Under the pieces are notes generated by a model, which saw only the letters and a program-made list of their open reading frames with translations, was not told the origin of the DNA and did no database searches. A stretch of DNA of 55,350 bases from an uncultured euryarchaeote (lineage in GTDB: Archaea; Thermoplasmatota; Poseidoniia; Poseidoniales; Poseidoniaceae). Numbering within the stretch: the stretch's first letter is position 1; every line of letters begins with the position of its first letter. The stretch covers positions 1 to 55,350 of the forward strand of contig CALBFP010000230.1 of NCBI GenBank assembly GCA_937894115.1. The letters are read 5' to 3'. This document shows positions 1-10,800 of this stretch, one piece after another. Position numbers and translations under genes: made by a program.

Positions 1-5
1 TTGGC

Positions 6-1499
6 ATGGAAAACATGCTCGAGTTCGAAGTATCCGTCTTTGATGCAGATGATGTTACTGGCGAAGAACTTACGTTCGCTTGGGCGGGCGGAGCAGAGAG
101 CATCGCTCTCGCTGGATGTGGTGGTGTTGGCGGTGCCGCACGTACCTGCACAACTCCTGTCATTCAGGACTTCGTGACAACCTTCCCAGTCGTTGTTACC
201 ATTACCGACGCTCATGGCGGTGAAGTAAGCGAAGAGATCATCATCGAGATTTGGAACGATGGTGTTGCAACCGATTCAACCGATAACGGCATCACAATGG
301 ATTATTCGTTGACCTACTTCAGTAAGTCTGAGTTCACGATTGCAATAACAGACGGAGATGCCAACGCTTGCTCAGGCATTACCTTGCCTGACGGATCCGG
401 CGGCGAACTGTCCGGTGTTTACAACCCAGTGGCTGTGGTTGATTACGAACCGGTAACCACCTACGCTGCAAACGATGTCCTTGCACACAGCATCGACATG
501 GTCTTTGATTCTGGACTTGGAGCCTCGTCGCTTTGGTTCACAACCAATTGCAACAGTCCAACCTTAACACAGCTGCTTTCCAACAGCGCTGCAAACAGTG
601 AAGAGGACTCCACCAAGTCCGTTCTGTCTGCTGTGCTCGATGGACCGGTCCTCCCCGCAGGACAGTTCCTGCTCATCGGTGAAGAACTGCAAGCAAAGGA
701 TGCACCGAGTGCGTCGATCAGTGGATTCACTGCAGCACCAGCGTTCAATGGTGAAATCGTCATGAACTGGGCCGTTGAAGGAACCCCATTGTCCGGTGAC
801 GAAATCGTCATCGAAATCACAAACCCTGACGGTACCGTCTTCGAAGACAGCCGCACAACTTCCGATACAACCTACTCGTACGGTTCACAAAACACGGTAC
901 ATGCTGGTTCATACGACATCACTGTCGCAGTCTGCAACCAAGACAACCTCTGCAGTACGCCAATCGGAACTGCTACGGTCGTTGCTGACAAGCAGGTCGA
1001 TGGTGGTAGCGCAATCGATGTCGAAGTCGTTACCGATTACGATACTGGTTTCTACACACTCTCGTGGAAAACAAACGGTGATCTTGGCGATGTTGCCAAG
1101 TGGAAAGTTTGCCATGCAAATCAAGCATTCGATGACGTGAACATGCCAAACAACTGTGTGGAGACTGCAGATGCAGATACATTGACTGTCGACGTTGTCA
1201 TGTCCGATCAGCCAGGAACGTACACCAAGTACTTCGTGGTCGTACCTGAGGACGCAGTCGGAAACATCGCCAACGCTGGTTCATCGAGTGATTCTGGTGC
1301 TGACGCACAGTACAACCGTGCCGCAGATGCCGGAGAAATCGACAACAACAACACCGACGCAGACGACAAGTCGAGCGGAGAGCTACCAGGTTGGACCTGG
1401 GGCGCCATCGGTGGTGTCGTTGTTGTAGCGTTCATCGCAGGTGCCTTCATCCTCTCACGAGGCGGTGGCGACGGCGAAGACAAAGACTGGGATTACTGA
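6..1499 (+). CDS. C-terminal part of a large membrane-anchored surface protein (Ig/Fn3-like domains, C-terminal TM helix); probably 5'-truncated by the window edge
   Basis: Frame is open to the window start with no signal peptide at Met6. Acidic, Thr/Ser/Asp-rich beta-type sequence. C-terminal LPGWTWGAIGGVVVVAFIAGAFILSR TM followed by an acidic tail ending DKDWDY. Confidence 0.8.
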   Translation: MENMLEFEVSVFDADDVTGEELTFAWAGGAESIALAGCGGVGGAARTCTTPVIQDFVTTFPVVVTITDAHGGEVSEEIIIEIWNDGVATDSTDNGITMDYSLTYFSKSEFTIAITDGDANACSGITLPDGSGGELSGVYNPVAVVDYEPVTTYAANDVLAHSIDMVFDSGLGASSLWFTTNCNSPTLTQLLSNSAANSEEDSTKSVLSAVLDGPVLPAGQFLLIGEELQAKDAPSASISGFTAAPAFNGEIVMNWAVEGTPLSGDEIVIEITNPDGTVFEDSRTTSDTTYSYGSQNTVHAGSYDITVAVCNQDNLCSTPIGTATVVADKQVDGGSAIDVEVVTDYDTGFYTLSWKTNGDLGDVAKWKVCHANQAFDDVNMPNNCVETADADTLTVDVVMSDQPGTYTKYFVVVPEDAVGNIANAGSSSDSGADAQYNRAADAGEIDNNNTDADDKSSGELPGWTWGAIGGVVVVAFIAGAFILSRGGGDGEDKDWDY

Positions 1500-1555
1500 G
1501 ATTAAAGCGATTGAGTAATCCGTCAAAACCTGTGCGCAGTGGCTGCACAGAAGCC

Positions 1556-1594
1556 GCCAGAGAGGGTGTTCAGGCACCCTCTCTGGCCTTTTTT
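1556..1594 (+). terminator. Hairpin plus T-tract terminator-like element
   Basis: Perfect 13-bp inverted repeat GCCAGAGAGGGTG (1556-1568) / CACCCTCTCTGGC (1575-1587), 6-nt loop, then CTTTTTT, shortly after the stop at 1499. Confidence 0.75.
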
Positions 1595-1659
1595 ATTTAC
1601 ACGTCTTCTCGAGCATCAAAAATCATCGCGAAGGATCAAGATTTCCATCGTGTTGAGTT

Positions 1660-1851
1660 TATACGAATTTTGGAATAAAAATATATGTTCATTTTACAAA
1701 TTGTTTGTACCATTAAGATAGAAAATTTGCTCTCAGTATAACGTTTTGTAAACCCTCTGAAAAACAGAATTCAAACAAATTGCACCTAAACTCCTATAAG
1801 TGGCGGAGAACGTGGTTGCACTTGCATACAGTCCGTATGGGGTGAATGACT
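1660..1851 (+). promoter_or_regulatory. AT-rich upstream region with candidate TATA box and Shine-Dalgarno for the giant gene
   Basis: Markedly AT-rich compared with flanks. TATAAG at 1795-1800. GGGGTGA at 1839-1845 lies 6 nt before ATG 1852, favouring that start. Confidence 0.45.
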
Positions 1852-4800
1852 ATGTTGGGAAACAAGAATAAGAAAACGAAAACCGCAATGGGTGGAATCG
1901 GAATTGCCGTTCTGCTATGTGCTTTGATGGCCTTCATGCCAATGACAAGCCTAGTAGACAACACAGCAACCGATACTGTCAGCAATGCAGAGATCGTCTC
2001 AGAAGTTGACGATTTCTTCAAACTGCCAGCAACCATCGAACAAACGACCTATGAGTACGATGCCGCTCAGGAACACCTGGGCATGAGGCAGTTGAACACA
2101 AAGGGATTCTACACTGAAGATGGCAGAATCGCACAGCTCACAAGTGATGAGCCAATGCATTACCTTGCCGACAGTGGTGCCTTTGAGGACATCAACCTCA
2201 ACATCATGGCAACGCCTGAAGGCTGGGAAGTGACAGAGAACATCTTCACCACAACCTTCGGTGCTGAACTCGCCACTGGTGTAAGCATCCAAGCAAACCA
2301 ATTCGTCGATCCTATCGTCACTGGTTTGAACCCAATGCTCGTTACAATCGATGAGACCGGTACTTCTCCAATGCCGTACCATGCTGCACCAGCAATGGGC
2401 GATGTTGAAGTCGGCGGAAACGTCATCCGATACCCGCTCGCTGATGGGTTTGCTATCGACTACGCTGTCGATACATCGCAAGTCAAGCAAAACCTCCTCA
2501 TCCAAGAGCGACCCGAACTTGACGTAAGTGCGGCGTACTTCGGAATGACCGAGACCCTACGTCTACCTATGGGATACGGCCTTTTCCTTGACGGCGTTCC
2601 ACTTGGCGAAGAGATCACCACAACCCAAGGTGAACTGGAAATTCGCAACATGGAATCCGGAGAATTGTTGGCTACCATCCCTGAACCTGTCGTTCTTGAA
2701 GAGGCTTCAACCGAGCCGTACATCGGAACCTACTTCATCCAAGTCTTCGGACCGATGGTTCTTCTAACAACTGCCGTTGATTCGGATTGGTTGCTGTCCG
2801 AGGACCGAGCTTACCCGCTTGCTCTGGACCCCACCATTAAGCTCACAAGCGGAAACCGTGGATACTGTTACGTTTACTACGGTTACTGTTACAACAGCAC
2901 ATACGCTTACTTGTACCGCTACTACGGTTCCTACTACTACCTACCATGGCACAAGTACACCTTCTCAAGCAGTTCTGCTCTACCAAGCGGCGCTACCGTT
3001 GAAGAAGTCAACTGGAAGCAATACGTCAACTACGGCTATGGAAGTTCATCCTCGACCAGCATTACAGCGAGAGTCCTCGAAGCATGTGGGACGGATACTC
3101 GATACAACTACGGTGTCACCTCCGCTTCCTGTTCAGGTTCAATCGCAGCCAACTTGCTGTCCGGTTCGAACACCAACGCAAACGAGCGCAAGTTGATCTC
3201 TTCAATCGGTAACTCTGCCGCAGCAGGTACCTATTCCCAGGGTACTGGCTGGAAGACTGCCGAAATTTGCGACAACAACAACGCAGCAGGTACTGCTTGT
3301 TCCTCTTCAACAGGTTCACACAACTACATCCTCAACGCCCAATCCAACTCTGGAGTAGTGGGTATGGGTGCAGACATGACCTCAAGCATTTACATCTACA
3401 CACGATCGTACAACTCCGGTGGCTCCAACAGCTATCTGGAAGTCATCTATTCCGGTGGTTCTGACACGGATGCCCCAACCTCGAGTCACGTGCCATACAC
3501 CGGTCTAACATCGTATGTCGAAGGTGAGCGAACGTTCTTCACCGAGTTGACCGACTTGTCTGGAATCGATACAACGTCCACCAACGGCGTCAAGATGTTT
3601 TACAGCATCAACAATGGAACATGGACTTCAACAAGCGCTACGACCGTACAGAGTTGTGGCAGCACTGCGACGGACTGCCGCTTCAAGGCAACCACCCCTG
3701 ATCTCAGTGCAGGCGACTATGTCGAGTATTACTGGAAGTTCCAAGACCTCAACTCTGGAAGCAACGGAGCCAACGTCGGTTACGACCCAGTACCTCCTGC
3801 AAGTGCAACGAACCCATCAACATGGGTACAGAGCAATGCACACTGGTTCTTTGTCGACGATGTCACGAATGCTGGAACAGCCAAGAAGTTCACCGTCCTA
3901 CAGACGGATGTTCACTCTGGCAGTTACTTCAGTCCTCAAGGTTTCCACGACCGACAAATGACGTACTATGACCACAGCGACGAGTACCTCTTTGAGTGGG
4001 ACGTCTCCAACTGTGGAACAGGTAGTTACTCCTGTTTCTACTCGTCCTCTTACTACTTCTACTCACAGTGGAAGATGAGCTGGACAACATCGCCAAGCAG
4101 CGGTTACAACGGCTTTGGCGGAACACGAGAAGGAATGATGGAAATGCACCAAGGCGACGGAGGTTTCCTCGCCATCAGTGCAAAGAACGGTCCACAGATG
4201 AACCTCATTTTCCATTATGATTCATCAGGCAACGAGTGGGGAATGGTCGGTATCGGCGATTCGACTCCTGAAATCGAAACCGGAAAACTCGCTGGTGGAA
4301 CCGGTGCATCATCTGTTAGCACCTACGGTTACACAGCTGCGTACAACATCCCAATGTCCGGACTGGACATCACTGGAACCTTCGGTAAGTTCGATTGGAA
4401 CGGAACCTACAGCACATCGAAGGCCAACTGGCTCTGTGCCGGTACAAACGGGTTCTACTACTTCTACCGTTCCACATCGAGCAACGCTCGATGTTCCTCG
4501 GGTTACTACTACGCGTATTCCACCTCCTACCGATGGAGTGGATTTGCACTCAGTGCCGGATACTACGGACGCATGGCATCTTCCGGTACGACCACCTACA
4601 AGGTAGGAAACGTCGCACCAACTCCAGACAACAGCGCTCCTACAATGGACCACGGTGTTATGCGAGACTCGCACAGCAAGACCCGTACCTTCTCGTACAC
4701 AATTGCTGATGCTGGTGATCCACCATCAGGATTGAACGTAAACCAGACCATCGGTGAAGGGCCGACCCTGTACTACAGTGTGAACAACGGCACTGAAAAC

Positions 4801-7800
4801 TCGGTGTTGCTCAACCCTGTAGGCAAGCAGCGAAGCGAATGTGTCGATGCTGAGTGTCAGTGGTCTGCCGAAATCACGACCTTTGAGCGCGGCGATTACA
4901 TCACGTACCGAGCCCAATCTGTTGACACATCGACAGCATCTGGTGGTACCAACACGCAGAGCACATCGAGCAACAGCTTCGAAGTTGGAGACCCCAACAT
5001 GATGCTCATCGTTGAATGGCGCGACATGGGATACAACACTCAATACCTCTGTGATTACCAAGTCATCTTCTATGACGTCACCAACGAGATTGAGTTCAAG
5101 TACGACACCTCATGCAACGCATATTACGACTATGCTACGGTCGGATACATGGATCACACCCGAACCAAGGGTGACACCATGCGAAACCCTGGTGGCGGAT
5201 ACATGGCTGGAAACAACCCGCACACTGCCAACTTCCGTATTTCAACGGACGGTAACGACCATGGATACGAGACCTTCTCCGCAGGAATGAAATCCGTTAC
5301 CAATGCCGCAGAGGTTATCTCCGGATCTTCCAACGGTCGTCCAACAGGATACTACTGTTCATACAGCTACTACTGGAACCAATTCAAGACCGGATGCAAC
5401 GCCAACATCGACCTACCATCGGGCTTCACGTTTGATTACTTCCAGAAGTCCTTCGACGGAGACGACAGCAACGACCGTCTACGAATCGGTCGATTGGGTT
5501 ACCTCTACATGATTGACAGTGGTTCAACAGCACTCGAACGCGGTATCACCACATGGGGTAGCAACATGCCTGCATTGCCATACTCAAGCAACTCAGCAGC
5601 ACGAGCTGGAACCATTGCTCCGTGGTGGAGTTACTACAGCAGTTACTACTGTTACGACAACACGAACACAGATTGTGGCGTATACGTACGTGCCATGCCG
5701 TTTGAAGGCAAGGGTACCGATGTCGACAGCGATCTTGATTGTTCAGGCAACAACATCGAATGTATTTGGGACAACGAAGGTTCCCCGTACCGAATCAGCC
5801 CAAGCGGCGACTTCTTGTCCGTCAGCGGCGGCGACCTGACCATCGAGCCAGGCACCGTTATCCAGGTTGAGCAGGGCAAGGGTATCTCTGTCGACGGTAC
5901 ATGTGATTCCGTTAAGGCATCCGGTAACTCGACCCATCACATCCTCTTTGAGGGCCAGAATGGTGCCGAGTGGAAGGGTCTCTCGTTTACAGACGATTGT
6001 GCAACAACCGGCGGAACCGATGACCGACACGTCTTCAGTTACGTCGATTTCAAGAACACAAGCACTGCCGCAATCTCCGCTGGTTCACGCCACGGCGACT
6101 ACAATGCATACTGTGCTGACAACTCCGGTGGTACCCGACCGTGCTATTCCAACAACAACGTTGGAAACTTCACGCTCAGCCACGTCACCTTCACCAACGT
6201 CGAGACGGCCATCCGTCACGGCAGTGGACAAGGTACCGGCTTCACCATGAACGAATTCAGCATTAGCGGTGCAGACAAGGCTTGTATCAACCTCCCATCG
6301 AGCTCCGATGCCATGATCACAGAAGGTACAATGACCAACTGTAACACGGACGGAGAATCATGGGGTGGCGCTATCGTCAACTACCCAGGTTCAACAGGCG
6401 GAATGCTCCATGTTGAGAACGTAACCATTGAGAACGCATACGTCAACCTGATTGACACCGATCTCCAACATGTTACAATTTCCAACGTTACTGCAACCAT
6501 CACATCAGGAAGCCAACAAACAGGTACTGTTTTGTCATCCGATTACGGTGTTGCAAGCGAAGTGAAATTGAACAACTTTGTTGCCGATGATTACTCAAGC
6601 GCATCCATCAACGCCCTCGGTCACATCAACATGACCGATGTCGACTGGGGAAGCGCTGATTTGACCATCGCACCTGGTGGATCCTCAAGTACAGCAAACG
6701 GACCATCTGGCGATCATGCAATCATGGACGATGTTACTGCAGGTAACATGCTCATCTATCGAATGCAGCCATCCATCTTTGCTGACGTTACAGCAGGTCA
6801 CATCGACTTCTCAGGTAACGCAATCACCACCGATGCAATGGTTGTCACCAACCTTGACTCTGGACGCTTCGGCGTTGCAGGTTGTGGATGGATTATCGAT
6901 GCTACGACCGTCGATGCTGACCGTTTGTACAGCAGCTGTTCAAGCAGCGCTGCTCCAAACACGATGATTTTCGATGACGGTACATTGACACACACCTCGA
7001 GCACAGACCATGCGGTCTATGCGCGAAACTCCAAGATGACACTCGGTAACTTCGGCATCACCAGCTCCAACGCTGGAGGCGGAACGGTATACCTCGCCTA
7101 TGGAAGCTCCAACGCTGACATCCGACTCATCGAAGTTGACCAAAACGGCAACGACTGTGCCGACTCCAATGGAGATACCGGAGACTGTGATGTTTACACC
7201 TCCAGTTCTGCTGTCGTCTACTACGGTGGACTTGCTGAACTCCGTGCTTACCGACTTGAAGCCGTTAACGGCGTTGTCACAGAAGTTGACAAGTCCGGTC
7301 ACGTTGTGAGTGCAAGCGTCGTCAACGGTGCTGGTTCCGAACTCTTTGAGGTTGGATCGCACATCACCGACAGCAACGGTGAGGCCGATGTATGGGTCAT
7401 CACTGGTGACAGCAACGGCAACACATACTCCGACCACAACCTCCGTGCCTTTGGACCAGCGGGTCAAAACGAGACCACAACCAGCGATGCATGGTACCCA
7501 AGCGGCGGATTCACCATCGGCGATTCATTTGCGCTCTTGTTGGAGCCCGCACCTGTGGATTTCAACGGAACCAACATGGATTGTGCATGGTTGGCTGCTT
7601 GGACCGATGCTGATACTGGAGCCGGTCTACCGACCAGCGGCACAACAGCCTCGGGACACACCATCTACGAATTCGACGGTACACCGATGACTTTGACTGA
7701 AGACCTCAACCTCAACGGTTGTGTCATCAAACTCATGGGTGCTGTTTTGAAGGTGAAGTCAACCGCGACAAACACACCTGTCTTGACACTATCTAACGGT

Positions 7801-10800
7801 GGAAAGTTGGTTGTTGGTACGTCAAGCGTAGCAACTGGAGCACTCCAAGCTGTTTCGTCAACCTACCCACTCCACATTGACATTCAAGATGGAACACTTG
7901 AGATTGACGGCGGTATCGTTCGTGACGTTGCACAAGACGCCACGACCGGCGCAGCGCTCTATGTTGGAGACGGTGCAACCCTCGTCATGAAGAATTCAGG
8001 TACGGTCTACGGATCCTCTGCCACCTCCGATACCATGGCAACCGTCATGATTAACGGTGGTAGTGCTGACATCGATTCTTCGAGCATCATCAACGTAGGA
8101 AACACTGGTACTGCCCTTTGGGTTGAGCAAGCCAGTGGATCGTTTAGCAACGTTGCAGTACAGAACGCTGCCGTTGGTATCCAATCCTACAACGGTGCAC
8201 CGCAAATCGATGGATTTACATCGACAGACAACACCGTTGGTGTTGATGTATACGGCGGCATGAGCCTGCCAACAATCTACCGATCCACGTCGCTTTCAGG
8301 TAAGTCCACTGGATGGCACACCTACGCCATCGACCTCAGTGCTTTCCTCGGAAGTGGTGACTACTTGCAGGTTGGTGCAAACACCATCTACGGTGGAGGA
8401 AACGCACACCCAACGTACAACTACGCATCAAGCAAGTATTACATGATGACCGATCGATGGAACATCGAGGTCACTTACGATGATGGAAGCGGTGAAGTTT
8501 CAGAGAACATCACCACGCCTGACAAGAAAGGATACTACCCATGGGGAACCAGCGATCCGAAGTCAGGAAACGGAGCGGACACCTACGCCGGTGGTGAAGG
8601 TGGTGTTGCATCGTGGCATTGCAACCAGTACGGTTACAGCTACGGTCCAGGATACACTGGCTCCTTTGATGGATACATGTACTACATGTGGCGCTTCTGG
8701 CCACAAGGCCCACAGCAGTTCGTTTCCTATCCAGGTTACTACTACTACCCAGATCAGTTTGGATTCCGCTGGAGCGAGATTGATTCCGATACCAGCCCAT
8801 CCTACGGATCCTATCCGTACATGTACTGGGGACTCTACTACAACTCGTACCACGGTGGACAAAGTGTCTACAAGCCTCCTGAAGGATACGTCGGATACGG
8901 TGGATACTACAACGTTTGTGCAGCCCGCGCTTACTCCTACTGGATGAACGCTGGTGAAGGCGCTCGAATGACCTTCCCAATCGTTGACATCTCCGATTCG
9001 GATATTTCCAAGGTGACCATGTACGTCGACGTTCTGCACAACCGTGCTGACAACTTCCAAGATCGAATGGACTTGGTCGCTCGTGTTGGAAACGATCCAA
9101 GCGATCTCGGAGATTACGCTCGAGACAGCGGAACAGCTTCTTTCCAGAACGGTGACATTACCGGTGCAGAAACCGGTATCATGGTCGGCGGTAACTTTGC
9201 TTCCGGAAACTTTGACGGAATCGACATTACTTCGCCAACCGACTCCGGTATCGAAATTGTCGGCGCAACCGCTGCCGCAATGAACGATATTGAAGTCACT
9301 GGCGGAGACTACGGTATGCTCGTCTCAAGTTCGGGTTCAGGTCAGATGGACTTGACAAACATGGACTTCGATGGACAGAACAACGCCGGTATCTACTACG
9401 TCAAGGACTTCGGCGGTGAACTGTCAGGTACCATTACCAACAGCGCTGGTGCAGCATACAAATACGGATCATTGACGGCGAAGGACGCGTCCTTTGACAG
9501 CGTGGTCGTTTCAGGCAACAACGTCGGTATTGAGACCGCTGGTTCAGGTGACCTCACCATCAGCGATTCAACCTTCGCCAACACTGTGGACGACATCAAG
9601 ATCACCGGAACAAGTGAAATTGATTTCATCGAAGGAACCATTGACACCAACAAAGTTACTGTAACCGGTAACGGTGGATTTGAGCGAATCCGTGAAGTGA
9701 CAATGTCACTGCAAGCCGATTCCAATCCTGTCACAGACACCAATGTCGTGCTGATGAACGCAGATAAGAAGATTACAGGTACCGGAACGACGGACAGCAA
9801 CGGTGACGCAGAGGGAATACAATTCCGAACCATGCGCATTGACTCCTCCGGACCGACGACTGACGATTTGGCTGGATACCAAGCAGCTACAGTTGCCATG
9901 ATTGATTACACATCGACCAAGGGTGACTTCCGCTACGCTTTCGAAACCTTGTCGCTCAATGATGCAGGTGGAAACACTGGCAGCATTGATTTGACGGATC
10001 GAATCAACGCTCGAGTTTGTTACAGTTTCAACAGTGCATCTTACGAGATGGTTTCCAACTGTGCGAGTTACCTCAGCACAGGTGGTAGCCGTGACTTGTC
10101 AGACGGTAACGGTGGTACGTACAAGGAGTACGGTTACTACGCAGCTACACCTGAAGATATGTCAGGGAAGACCATCATGATGGACGTTCCGTTCATGTAC
10201 TTCGACGACAACGACGAGCACAACTGGAACAACACGCTCGTCCTAATCACTGGATCATACACGTTCACTGATACACAACGCTGGTATGCTCAAGGTGGCA
10301 GCAACGCTCCTGAGTTGTACTTGCACGATTCTGAAGTCTACGGATTGGCAACCAATTCAAACACTGGACAACAAACCGGTCTTGAACTTGGTTACATCTA
10401 TCAAGCAATGGACATCTCGATCAAGGATTCAACCTTGAATCCTGTTGCTACGATTACCAGTGGTATGGCGTACAACTCCAACTGGAACAACAACGACTAC
10501 AAATCTGAATTCTTGTACATGGACAACGTAACTGTAACCCACTACAAGGGATACACGCCACTAAACAACGCGATTCAGACCAATGACATCTGCGTTCGAA
10601 TGACCGGTAGCGATGGTTCTCACATCAAGGACAGCACCTTCAACGATTGTGGTACAGGTATTTACATGACACGCAGCCCATACGCATACGGCCACCAGGC
10701 CAGTGAATACGGTGCTGACAACCTCACCATCGAAGGAAACGAATTCAACGATGGTGGAGAGATAGCTGACGTTTGGGTCGGATCCAATGGTTACGTCGAT

